DNA of 64,000 nt from Auanema rhodensis (lineage: Eukaryota > Animalia > Nematoda). The stretch lies in assembly GCA_964057225.1 (NCBI GenBank), contig CAXKVF010000077.1, forward strand, positions 186,001 to 250,000. The letters run 5' to 3'. Shown here one piece after another: positions 43,296 through 57,900 of this stretch (within the stretch, counting starts at the first letter, position 1; the number at the start of each line of letters is the position of its first letter). The notes beneath the pieces are model-generated. The model had not been told where the DNA came from, searched no databases, and saw only the letters and a program-made list of their open reading frames with translations. The position numbers and the translations under genes were made by a program.

Positions 43296-46200
43296 TTTCA
43301 AAGTCATGGTTACCATGAACCAATATCAATAAAAATTTGTTTTTAGACTAATATGGACATGGGGAATCTAATTTTGAAAACCGCATCTCTTTATCTTTCA
43401 CGTGAAGCGAGTTACATACCAAGTGCACATCACGTGTACATTTAATTAGCATAAATTAAAGTTCACGTAAATTTCAAAGTCATGGTTACCATGCACCAAT
43501 ATCAATAAAAATTTGTTTTTAAACTAATATGGACATGGGGAATCTAATTTTGAAAACCGCATCTCTTTATCTTTCACGTGAAGCGAGTTACATACCAAGT
43601 GCACATCACGTGTACATTTAATTAGCATAAATTAAAGTTCACGTAACTTTCAAAGTCATGGTTACCATGCACCAATATCAATAAAAATTTGTTTTTAGAC
43701 TAATATGGACATGGGGAATCTAATTTTGAAAACCGCATCTCTTTATCTTTCACGTGAAGCGAGTTACATACTAAGTGCACATCACGTGTACATTTAATTA
43801 GCATAAATTAAAGTTCACGTAAATTTCAAAGTCATGGTTACCATGAACCAATATCAATAAAAATTTGTTTTTAGACTAATATGGACATGGGGAATCTAAT
43901 TTTGAAAACCGCATCTCTTTATCTTTCACGTGAAGCGAGTTACATACCAAGTGCACATCACGTGTACATTTAATTAGCATAAATTAAAGTTCACGTAAAT
44001 TTCAAAGTCATGGTTACCATGCACCAATATCGATAAAAATTTGTTTTTAGACTAATATGGACATGGGGAATCTAATTTTGAAAACCGCATCTCTTTATCT
44101 TTCACGGGAAGCGAGTTACATACCAAGTGCACATCACGTGTACATTTAATTAGCATAAATTAAAGTTCACGTAAATTTCAAAGTCATGGTTACCATGCAC
44201 CAATATCAATAAAAATTTGTTTTTAGACTAATATGGACATGGGGAATCTAATTTTGAAAACCGCATCTCTTCATCTTTCACGTGAAGCGAGTTACAGACC
44301 AAGTGCACATCACGTGTACATTTAATTAGCATAAATTAAAGTTCACGTAAATTTCAAAGTCATGGTTACCATGAACCAATATCAATAAAAATTTGTTTTT
44401 AGACTAATATGGACATGGGGAATCTAATTTTGAAAACCGCATCTCTTTATCTTTCACGTGAAGCGAGTTACATACCAAGTGCACATCACGTGTACATTTA
44501 ATTAGCATAAATTAAAGTTCACGTAAATTTCAAAGTCATGGTTACCATGCACCAATATCAATAAAAATTTGTTTTTAAACTAATATGGACATGGGGAATC
44601 TAATTTTGAAAACCGCATCTCTTTATCTTTCACGTGAAGCGAGTTACATACCAAGTGCACATCACGTGTACATTTAATTAGCATAAATTAAAGTTCACGT
44701 AACTTTCAAAGTCATGGTTACCATGCACCAATATCAATAAAAATTTGTTTTTAGACTAATATGGACATGGGGAATCTAATTTTGAAAACCGCATCTCTTT
44801 ATCTTTCACGTGAAGCGAGTTACATACTAAGTGCACATCACGTGTACATTTAATTAGCATAAATTAAAGTTCACGTAAATTTCAAAGTCATGGTTACCAC
44901 GAACCAATATCAATAAAAATTTGTTTTTAGACTAATATGGACATGGGGAATCTAATTTTGAAAACCGCATCTCTTTATCTTTCACGTGAAGCGAGTTACA
45001 TACCAAGTGCACATCACGTGTACATTTAATTAGCATAAATTAAAGTTCACGTAAATTTCAAAGTCATGGTTACCATGCACCAATATCAATAAAAATTTGT
45101 TTTTAAACTAATATGGACATGGGGAATCTAATTTTGAAAACCGCATCTCTTTATCTTTCACGTGAAGCGAGTTACATACCAAGTGCACATCACGTGTACA
45201 TTTAATTAGCATAAATTAAAGTTCACGTAAATTTCAAAGTCATGGTTACCATGCACCAATATCAATAAAAATTTGTTTTTAGACTAATATGGACATGGGG
45301 AATCTAATTTTGAAAACCGCATCTCTTTATCTTTCACGTGAAGCGAGTTACATACCAAGTGCACATCACGTGTACATTTAATTAGCATAAATTAAAGTTC
45401 ACGTAACTTTCAAAGTCATGGTTACCATGCACCAATATCAATAAAAATTTGTTTTTAGACTAATATTGACATGGGGAATCTAATTTTGAAAACCGCATCT
45501 CTTTATCTTTCACGTGAAGCGAGTTACATACCAAGTGCACATCACGTGTACATTTAATTAGCATAAATTAAAGTTCACGTAAATTTCAAAGTCATGGTTA
45601 CCACGAACCAATATCAATAAAAATTTGTTTTTAGACTAATATGGACATGGGGAATCTAATTTTGAAAACCGCATCTCTTTATCTTTCACGTGAAGCGAGT
45701 TACATACCAAGTGCACATCACGTGTACATTTAATTAGCATAAATTAAAGTTCACGTAACTTTCAAAGTCATGGTTACCATGCACCAATATCAATAAAAAT
45801 TTGTTTTTAGACTAATATGGACATGGGGAATCTAATTTTGAAAACCGCATCTCTTTATCTTTCACGTGAAGCGAGTTACATACTAAGTGCACATCACGTG
45901 TACATTTAATTAGCATAAATTAAAGTTCACGTAAATTTCAAAGTCATGGTTACCATGAAGCAATATCAATAAAAATTTGTTTTTAGACTAATATGGACAT
46001 GGGGAATCTAATTTTGAAAACCGCATCTCTTTATCTTTCACGTGAAGCGAGTTACATACCAAGTGCACATCACGTGTACATTTAATTAGCATAAATTAAA
46101 GTTCACGTAAATTTCAAAGTCATGGTTACCATGCACCAATATCAATAAAAATTTGTTTTTAAACTAATATGGACATGGGGAATCTAATTTTGAAAACCGC

Positions 46201-48575
46201 ATCTCTTTATCTTTCACGTGAAGCGAGTTACATACCAAGTGCACATCACGTGTACATTTAATTAGCATAAATTAAAGTTCACGTAACTTTCAAAGTCATG
46301 GTTACCATGCACCAATATCAATAAAAATTTGTTTTTAGACTAATATGGACATGGGGAATCTAATTTTGAAAACCGCATCTCTTTATCTTTCACGTGAAGC
46401 GAGTTACATACTAAGTGCACATCACGTGTACATTTAATTAGCATAAATTAAAGTTCACGTAAATTTCAAAGTCATGGTTACCATGAACCAATATCAATAA
46501 AAATTTGTTTTTAGACTAATATGGACATGGGGAATCTAATTTTGAAAACCGCATCTCTTTATCTTTCACGTGAAGCGAGTTACATACCAAGTGCACATCA
46601 CGTGTACATTTAATTAGCATAAATTAAAGTTCACGTAAATTTCAAAGTCATGGTTACCATGCACCAATATCGATAAAAATTTGTTTTTAGACTAATATGG
46701 ACATGGGGAATCTAATTTTGAAAACCGCATCTCTTTATCTTTCACGTGAAGCGAGTTACATACCAAGTGCACATCACGTGTACATTTAATTAGCATAAAT
46801 TAAAGTTCACGTAAATTTCAAAGTCATGGTTACCATGCACCAATATCAATAAAAATTTGTTTTTAGACTAATATGGACATGGGGAATCTAATTTTGAAAA
46901 CCGCATCTCTTCATCTTTCACGTGAAGCGAGTTACAGACCAAGTGCACATCACGTGTACATTTAATTAGCATAAATTAAAGTTCACGTAAATTTCAAAGT
47001 CATGGTTACCATGAACCAATATCAATAAAAATTTGTTTTTAGACTAATATGGACATGGGGAATCTAATTTTGAAAACCGCATCTCTTTATCTTTCACGTG
47101 AAGCGAGTTACATACCAAGTGCACATCACGTGTACATTTAATTAGCATAAATTAAAGTTCACGTAAATTTCAAAGTCATGGTTACCATGCACCAATATCA
47201 ATAAAAATTTGTTTTTAAACTAATATGGACATGGGGAATCTAATTTTGAAAACCGCATCTCTTTATCTTTCACGTGAAGCGAGTTACATACCAAGTGCAC
47301 ATCACGTGTACATTTAATTAGCATAAATTAAAGTTCACGTAACTTTCAAAGTCATGGTTACCATGCACCAATATCAATAAAAATTTGTTTTTAGACTAAT
47401 ATGGACATGGGGAATCTAATTTTGAAAACCGCATCTCTTTATCTTTCACGTGAAGCGAGTTACATACTAAGTGCACATCACGTGTACATTTAATTAGCAT
47501 AAATTAAAGTTCACGTAAATTTCAAAGTCATGGTTACCACGAACCAATATCAATAAAAATTTGTTTTTAGACTAATATGGACATGGGGAATCTAATTTTG
47601 AAAACCGCATCTCTTTATCTTTCACGTGAAGCGAGTTACATACCAAGTGCACATCACGTGTACATTTAATTAGCATAAATTAAAGTTCACGTAAATTTCA
47701 AAGTCATGGTTACCATGCACCAATATCAATAAAAATTTGTTTTTAAACTAATATGGACATGGGGAATCTAATTTTGAAAACCGCATCTCTTTATCTTTCA
47801 CGTGAAGCGAGTTACATACCAAGTGCACATCACGTGTACATTTAATTAGCATAAATTAAAGTTCACGTAAATTTCAAAGTCATGGTTACCATGCACCAAT
47901 ATCAATAAAAATTTGTTTTTAGACTAATATGGACATGGGGAATCTAATTTTGAAAACCGCATCTCTTTATCTTTCACGTGAAGCGAGTTACATACCAAGT
48001 GCACATCACGTGTACATTTAATTAGCATAAATTAAAGTTCACGTAACTTTCAAAGTCATGGTTACCATGCACCAATATCAATAAAAATTTGTTTTTAGAC
48101 TAATATTGACATGGGGAATCTAATTTTGAAAACCGCATCTCTTTATCTTTCACGTGAAGCGAGTTACATACCAAGTGCACATCACGTGTACATTTAATTA
48201 GCATAAATTAAAGTTCACGTAAATTTCAAAGTCATGGTTACCACGAACCAATATCAATAAAAATTTGTTTTTAGACTAATATGGACATGGGGAATCTAAT
48301 TTTGAAAACCGCATCTCTTTATCTTTCACGTGAAGCGAGTTACATACCAAGTGCACATCACGTGTACATTTAATTAGCATAAATTAAAGTTCACGTAACT
48401 TTCAAAGTCATGGTTACCATGCACCAATATCAATAAAAATTTGTTTTTAGACTAATATGGACATGGGGAATCTAATTTTGAAAACCGCATCTCTTTATCT
48501 TTCACGTGAAGCGAGTTACATACTAAGTGCACATCACGTGTACATTTAATTAGCATAAATTAAAGTTCACGTAAA
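43296..48575 (+). repeat. 15-monomer (2640-bp) near-perfect tandem duplication
   Basis: T122G at 44297/46937 and G60T at 45467/48107; the T21C and A33G pairs are also 2640 bp apart. Confidence 0.9.
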
Positions 48576-49455
48576 TTTCAAAGTCATGGTTACCACGAAC
48601 CAATATCAATAAAAATTTGTTTTTAGACTAATATGGACATGGGGAATCTAATTTTGAAAACCGCATCTCTTTATCTTTCACGTGAAGCGAGTTACATACC
48701 AAGTGCACATCACGTGTACATTTAATTAGCATAAATTAAAGTTCACGTAAATTTCAAAGTCATGGTTACCATGCACCAATATCAATAAAAATTTGTTTTT
48801 AAACTAATATGGACATGGGGAATCTAATTTTGAAAACCGCATCTCTTTATCTTTCACGTGAAGCGAGTTACATACCAAGTGCACATCACGTGTACATTTA
48901 ATTAGCATAAATTAAAGTTCACGTAAATTTCAAAGTCATGGTTACCATGCACCAATATCAATAAAAATTTGTTTTTAGACTAATATGGACATGGGGAATC
49001 TAATTTTGAAAACCGCATCTCTTTATCTTTCACGTGAAGCGAGTTACATACCAAGTGCACATCACGTGTACATTTAATTAGCATAAATTAAAGTTCACGT
49101 AACTTTCAAAGTCATGGTTACCATGCACCAATATCAATAAAAATTTGTTTTTAGACTAATATGGACATGGGGAATCTAATTTTGAAAACCGCATCTCTTT
49201 ATCTTTCACGTGAAGCGAGTTACATACTAAGTGCACATCACGTGTACATTTAATTAGCATAAATTAAAGTTCACGTAAATTTCAAAGTCATGGTTACCAT
49301 GAACCAATATCAATAAAAATTTGTTTTTAGACTAATATGGACATGGGGAATCTAATTTTGAAAACCGCATCTCTTTATCTTTCACGTGAAGCGAGTTACA
49401 TACCAAGTGCACATCACGTGTACATTTAATTAGCATAAATTAAAGTTCACGTAAA

Positions 49456-52400
49456 TTTCAAAGTCATGGTTACCATGCACCAATATCAATAAAAATTTGT
49501 TTTTAAACTAATATGGACATGGGGAATCTAATTTTGAAAACCGCATCTCTTCATCTTTCACGTGAAGCGAGTTACATACCAAGTGCACATCACGTGTACA
49601 TTTAATTAGCATAAATTAAAGTTCACGTAAATTTCAAAGTCATGGTTACCATGCACCAATATCGATAAAAATTTGTTTTTAGACTAATATGGACATGGGG
49701 AATCTAATTTTGAAAACCGCATCTCTTTATCTTTCACGTGAAGCGAGTTACATACCAAGTGCACATCACGTGTACATTTAATTAGCATAAATTAAAGTTC
49801 ACGTAAATTTCAAAGTCATGGTTACCATGAACCAATATCAATAAAAATTTGTTTTTAGACTAATATGGACATGGGGAATCTAATTTTGAAAACCGCATCT
49901 CTTTATCTTTCACGTGAAGCGAGTTCCATACCAAGTGCACATCACGTGTACATTTAATTAGCATAAATTAAAGTTCACGTAAATTTCAAAGTCATGGTTA
50001 CCATGAACCAATATCAATAAAAATTTGTTTTTAGACTAATATGGACATGGGGAATCTAATTTTGAAAACCGCATCTCTTTATCTTTCACGTGAAGCGAGT
50101 TACATACCAAGTGCCCATCACGTGTACATTTAATTAGCATAAATTAAAGTTCACGTAAATTTCAAAGTCATGGTTACCATGCACCAATATCAATCAAAAT
50201 TTGTTTTTAGACTAATATGGACATGGGGAATCTAATTTTGAAAACCGCATCTCGTTATCTTTCACGTGAAGCGAGTTACATACCAAGTGCACATCACGTG
50301 TACATTTAATTAGCATAAATTAAAGTTCACGTAAATTTCAAAGTCATGGTTACCATGCACCAATATCAATAAAAATTTGTTTTTAGACTAATATGGACAT
50401 GGGGAATCTAATTTTGAAAACCGCATCTCTTTATCTTTCACGTGAAGCGAGTTACATACCAAGTGCACATCACGTGTACATTTAATTAGCATAAATTAAA
50501 GTTCACGTAAATTTCAAAGTCATGGTTACCATGCACCAATATCAATAAAAATTTGTTTTTAAACTAATATGGACATGGGGAATCTAATTTTGAAAACCGC
50601 ATCTCTTTATCTTTCACGTGAAGCGAGTTACATACCAAGTGCACATCACGTGTACATTTAATTAGCATAAATTAAAGTTCACGTAAATTTCAAAGTCATG
50701 GTTACCATGCACCAATATCGATAAAAATTTGTTTTTAGACTAATATGGACATGGGGAATCTAATTTTGAAAACCGCATCTCTTTATCTTTCACGTGAAGC
50801 GAGTTACATACCAAGTGCACATCACGTGTACATTTAATTAGCATAAATTAAAGTTCACGTAAATTTCAAAGTCATGGTTACCATGAACCAATATCAATAA
50901 AAATTTGTTTTTAGACTAATATGGACATGGGGAATCTAATTTTGAAAACCGCATCTCTTTATCTTTCACGTGAAGCGAGTTCCATACCAAGTGCACATCA
51001 CGTGTACATTTAATTAGCATAAATTAAAGTTCACGTAAATTTCAAAGTCATGGTTACCATGAACCAATATCAATAAAAATTTGTTTTTAGACTAATATGG
51101 ACATGGGGAATCTAATTTTGAAAACCGCATCTCTTTATCTTTCACGTGAAGCGAGTTACATACCAAGTGCCCATCACGTGTACATTTAATTAGCATAAAT
51201 TAAAGTTCACGTAAATTTCAAAGTCATGGTTACCATGCACCAATATCAATCAAAATTTGTTTTTAGACTAATATGGACATGGGGAATCTAATTTTGAAAA
51301 CCGCATCTCGTTATCTTTCACGTGAAGCGAGTTACATACCAAGTGCACATCACGTGTACATTTAATTAGCATAAATTAAAGTTCACGTAAATTTCAAAGT
51401 CATGGTTACCATGCACCAATATCAATAAAAATTTGTTTTTAGACTAATATGGACATGGGGAATCTAATTTTGAAAACCGCATCTCTTTATCTTTCACGTG
51501 AAGCGAGTTACATACCAAGTGCACATCACGTGTACATTTAATTAGCATAAATTAAAGTTCACGTAAATTTCAAAGTCATGGTTACCATGCACCAATATCG
51601 ATAAAAATTTGTTTTTAGACTAATATGGACATGGGGAATCTAATTTTGAAAACCGCATCTCTTTATCTTTCACGTGAAGCGAGTTACATACCAAGTGCAC
51701 ATCACGTGTACATTTAATTAGCATAAATTAAAGTTCACGTAAATTTCAAAGTCATGGTTACCATGCACCAATATCAATAAAAATCTGTTTTTAGACTAAT
51801 ATGGACATGGGGAATCTAATTTTGAAAACCGCATCTCTTCATCTTTCACGTGAAGCGAGTTACAGACCAAGTGCACATCACGTGTACATTTAATTAGCAT
51901 AAATTAAAGTTCACGTAAATTTCAAAGTCATGGTTACCATGAACCAATATCAATAAAAATTTGTTTTTAGACTAATATGGACATGGGGAATCTAATTTTG
52001 AAAACCGCATCTCTTTATCTTTCACGTGAAGCGAGTTACATACCAAGTGCACATCACGTGTACATTTAATTAGCATAAATTAAAGTTCACGTAAATTTCA
52101 AAGTCATGGTTACCATGCACCAATATCAATAAAAATTTGTTTTTAGACTAATATGGACATGGGGAATCTAATTTTGGAAACCGCATCTCGTTATCTTTCA
52201 CGTGAAGCGAGTTACATACCAAGTGCACATCACGTGTACATTTAATTAGCATAAATTAAAGTTCACGTAACTTTCAAAGTCATGGTTACCATGCACCAAT
52301 ATCAATAAAAATTTGTTTTTAGACTAATATGGACATGGGGAATCTAATTTTGAAAACCGCATCTCTTTATCTTTCACGTGAAGCGAGTTACATACTAAGT

Positions 52401-54383
52401 GCACATCACGTGTACATTTAATTAGCATAAATTAAAGTTCACGTAAATTTCAAAGTCATGGTTACCATGAACCAATATCAATAAAAATTTGTTTTTAGAC
52501 TAATATGGACATGGGGAATCTAATTTTGAAAACCGCATCTCTTTATCTTTCACGTGAAGCGAGTTACATACCAAGTGCACATCACGTGTACATTTAATTA
52601 GCATAAATTAAAGTTCACGTAAATTTCAAAGTCATGGTTACCATGCACCAATATCAATAAAAATTTGTTTTTAAACTAATATGGACATGGGGAATCTAAT
52701 TTTGAAAACCGCATCTCTTTATCTTTCACGTGAAGCGAGTTACATACCAAGTGCACATCACGTGTACATTTAATTAGCATAAATTAAAGTTCACGTAAAT
52801 TTCAAAGTCATGGTTACCATGCACCAATATCAATAAAAATTTGTTTTTAGACTAATATGGACATGGGGAATCTAATTTTGAAAACCGCATCTCTTTATCT
52901 TTCACGTGAAGCGAGTTACATACCAAGTGCACATCACGTGTACATTTAATTAGCATAAATTAAAGTTCACGTAACTTTCAAAGTCATGGTTACCATGCAC
53001 CAATATCAATAAAAATTTGTTTTTAGACTAATATGGACATGGGGAATCTAATTTTGAAAACCGCATCTCTTTATCTTTCACGTGAAGCGAGTTACATACT
53101 AAGTGCACATCACGTGTACATTTAATTAGCATAAATTAAAGTTCACGTAAATTTCAAAGTCATGGTTACCATGAACCAATATCAATAAAAATTTGTTTTT
53201 AGACTAATATGGACATGGGGAATCTAATTTTGAAAACCGCATCTCTTTATCTTTCACGTGAAGCGAGTTACATACCAAGTGCACATCACGTGTACATTTA
53301 ATTAGCATAAATTAAAGTTCACGTAAATTTCAAAGTCATGGTTACCATGCACCAATATCAATAAAAATTTGTTTTTAAACTAATATGGACATGGGGAATC
53401 TAATTTTGAAAACCGCATCTCTTTATCTTTCACGTGAAGCGAGTTACATACCAAGTGCACATCACGTGTACATTTAATTAGCATAAATTAAAGTTCACGT
53501 AAATTTCAAAGTCATGGTTACCATGCACCAATATCGATAAAAATTTGTTTTTAGACTAATATGGACATGGGGAAACTAATTTTGAAAACCGCATCTCTTT
53601 ATCTTTCACGTGAAACGAGTTACATACCAAGTGCACATCACGTGTACATTTAATTAGCATAAATTAAAGTTCACGTAAATTTCAAAGTCATGGTTACCAT
53701 GAACCAATATCAATAAAAATTTGTTTTTAGACTAATATGGACATGGGGAATCTAATTTTGAAAACCGCATCTCTTTATCTTTCACGTGAAGCGAGTTCCA
53801 TACCAAGTGCACATCACGTGTACATTTAATTAGCATAAATTAAAGTTCACGTAAATTTCAAAGTCATGGTTACCATGAACCAATATCAATAAAAATTTGT
53901 TTTTAGACTAATATGGACATGGGGAATCTAATTTTGAAAACCGCATCTCTTTATCTTTCACGTGAAGCGAGTTACATACCAAGTGCCCATCACGTGTACA
54001 TTTAATTAGCATAAATTAAAGTTCACGTAAATTTCAAAGTCATGGTTACCATGCACCAATATCAATCAAAATTTGTTTTTAGACTAATATGGACATGGGG
54101 AATCTAATTTTGAAAACCGCATCTCGTTATCTTTCACGTGAAGCGAGTTACATACCAAGTGCACATCACGTGTACATTTAATTAGCATAAATTAAAGTTC
54201 ACGTAAATTTCAAAGTCATGGTTACCATGCACCAATATCAATAAAAATTTGTTTTTAGACTAATATGGACATGGGGAATCTAATTTTGAAAACCGCATCT
54301 CTTTATCTTTCACGTGAAGCGAGTTACATACCAAGTGCACATCACGTGTACATTTAATTAGCATAAATTAAAGTTCACGTAAA
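49456..54383 (+). repeat. 6-monomer unit in three copies (49456, 50512, 53328)
   Basis: The series G51A / A33G / C23A+A119C / C23A+A132C / A36C+T95G / consensus; A119C at 49926, 50982 and 53798. Confidence 0.87.
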
Positions 54384-54911
54384 TTTCAAAGTCATGGTTA
54401 CCATGAACCAATATCAATAAAAATTTGTTTTTAGACTAATATGGACATGGGGAATCTAATTTTGAAAACCGCATCTCTTTATCTTTCACGTGAAGCGAGT
54501 TACATACCAAGTGCACATCACGTGTACATTTAATTAGCATAAATTAAAGTTCACGTAAATTTCAAAGTCATGGTTACCATGAACCAATATCAATAAAAAT
54601 TAGTTTTTAGACTAATATGGACATGGGGAATCTAATTTTGAAAACCGCATCTCTTTATCTTTCACGTGAAGCGAGTTACATACCAAGTGCCCATCACGTG
54701 TACATTTAATTAGCATAAATTAAAGTTCACGTAAATTTCAAAGTCATGGTTACCATGCACCAATATCAATAAAAATTTGTTTTTAGACTAATATGGACAT
54801 GGGGAATCTAATTTTGAAAACCGCATCTCCTTATCTTTCACGTGAAGCGAGTTACATACCAAGTGCACATCACGTGTACATTTAATTAGCATAAATTAAA
54901 GTTCACGTAAA

Positions 54912-57900
54912 TTTCAAAGTCATGGTTACCATGCACCAATATCAATAAAAATTTGTTTTTAGACTAATATGGACATGGAGAATCTAATTTTGAAAACCGC
55001 ATCTCTTTATCTTTCACGTGAAGCGAGTTACATACCAAGTGCACACCACGTGTACATTTAATTAGCATTAATTGAAGTTCACGTAAATTTCAAAGTCATG
55101 GTTACCATGAACCAATATCAATAAAAATTTGTTTTTAGACTAATATGGACATGAAGAATCTAATTTTGAAAACCGCATCTCTTTATCTTTCATGTGAAGC
55201 GAGTTACATACCAAGTGCACATCACGTGTACATTTAATTAGCATAAATTAAAGTTCACGTAAATTTCAAAGTCATGGTTACCATGAACCAATATCAATAA
55301 AAATTTGTGTTAAGACTAATATGGACATGGGGAATCTAATTTTGAAAACCGCATCTCTTTATCTTTCACGTGAAGCGAGTTACATACCAAGTGCACATCA
55401 CGTGTACATTTAATTAGCATAAATTAAAGTTCACGTAAATTTCAAAGTCATGGTTACCATGAACCAATATCAATAAAAATTTGTTTTTAGACTAATATGG
55501 ACATGGGGAATCTAATTTTGAAAACCGCATCTCTTTATCTTTCACGTGAAGCGAGTTACATACCAAGTGCACATCACGTGTACATTTAATTAGCATAAAT
55601 TAAAGTTCACGTAAATTTCAAAGTCATGGTTACCATGAACCAATATCAATAAAAATTTGTTTTTAGACTAATATGGACATGGGGAATCTAATTTTGAAAA
55701 CCGCATCTCTTTATCTTTCACGTGAAGCGAGTTACATACCAAGTGCACATCACGTGTACATTTAATTAGCATAAATTAAAGTTCACGTAAATTTCAAAGT
55801 CATGGTTACCATGAACCAATATCAATAAAAATTTGTTTTTAGACTAATATGGACATGGGGAATCTAATTTTGAAAACCGCATCTCTTTATCTTTCACGTG
55901 AAGCGAGTTACATACCAAGTGCACATCACGTGTACATTTAATTAGCATAAATTAAAGTTCACGTAAATTTCAAAGTCATGGTTACCATGAACCAATATCA
56001 ATGAAAATTTGTTTTTAGACTAATATGGACATGGGGAATCTATTTTTGAAAACCGCATCTCTTTATCTTTCACGTGAAGCGAGTTACATACCAAGTGCAC
56101 ATCACGTGTACATTTAATTAGCATAAATTAAAGTTCACGTAAATTTCAAAGTCATGGTTACCATGAACCAATATCAATAAAAATTTGTTTTTAGACTAAT
56201 ATGGACATGGGGAATCTAATTTTGAAAACCGCATCTCTTTATCTTTCACGTGAAGCGAGTTACATACCAAGTGCACATCACGTGTACATTTAATTAGCAT
56301 AAATTAAAGTTCACGTAAATTTCAAAGTCATGGTTACCATGCACCAATATCAATAAAAATTTGTTTTTAGACTAATATGGACATGGGGAATCTAATTTTG
56401 AAAACCGCATCTCTTTATCTTTCACGTGAAGCGAGTTACATACCAAGTGCACATCACGTGTACATTTAATTAGCATAAATTAAAGTTCACGTAAATTTCA
56501 AAGTCATGGTTACCATGAACCAATATCAATAAAAATTTGTTTTTAGACTAATATGGACATGGGGAATCTAATTTTGAAAACCGCATCTCTTTATCTTTCA
56601 CATGAAGCGAGTTACATACCAAGTGCACATCACGTGTACATTTAATTAGCATAAATTGAAGTTCACGTAAATTTCAAAGTCATGGTTACCATGAAGCAAT
56701 ATCAATAAAAATTTGTTTTTAGACTAATATGGACATGGGGAATCTAATTTTGAAAACCGCATCTTTTTATCTTTCACGTGAAGCGAGTTACATACCAAGT
56801 GCACATCACGTGTACATTTAATTAGCATAAATTAAAGTTCACGTAAATTTCAAAGTCATGGTTACCATGAACCAATATCAATAAAAATTTGTTTTTAGAC
56901 TAATATGGACATGGGGAATCTAATTTTGAAAACCGCATCTCTTCATCTTTCACGTGAAGCGAGTTACATACCAAGTGCACATCACGTGTACATTTAATTA
57001 GCATAAATTAAAGTTCACGTAAATTTCAAAGTCATGGTTACCATGCACCAATATCAATAAAAATTTGTTTTTAGACTAATATGGACATGGGGAATCTAAT
57101 TTTAAAAACCGCATCTCTTTATCTTTCACGTGAAGCGAGTTACATACCTAGTGCACATCACGTGTACATTTAATTAGCATAAATTAAAGTTCACGTAAAT
57201 TTCAAAGTCATAGTTACCATGAACCAATATCAATAAAAATTTGTTTTTAGACTAATATGGACATGGGGAATCTAATTTTGAAAACCGCATCTCTTTATCT
57301 TTCACGTGAAGCGAGTTACATACCAAGTGCACATCACGTGTACATTTAATGAGCATAAATTAAAGTTCACGTAAATTTCAAAGTCATGGTTACCATGAAC
57401 TAATATCAATAAAAATTTGTTTTTAGACTAATATGGACATGGGGAATCTAATTTTGAAAACCGCATCTCTTTATCTTTCACGTGAAGCGAGTTACATACC
57501 AAGTGCACATCACGTGTACATTTAATTAGCATAAATTAAAGTTCACGTAAATTTCAAAGTCATGGTTACCATGAACCAATATCAATAAAAATTTGTTTTT
57601 AGACTAATATGGACATGGGGAATCTAATTTTGAAAACCGCATCTCTTTATCTTTCACGTGAAGCGAGTTACATACCAAGTGCACATCACGTGTACATTTA
57701 ATTAGCATAAATTAAAGTTCACGTAAATTTCAAAGTCATGGTTACCATGAACCAATATCAATAAAAATTTGTTTTTAGACTAATATGGACATGGGGAATC
57801 TAATTTTGAAAACCGCATCTCTTTATCTTTCACGTGAAGCGAGTTACATACCAAGTGCACATCACGTGTACATTTAATTAGCATAAATTAAAGTTCACGT

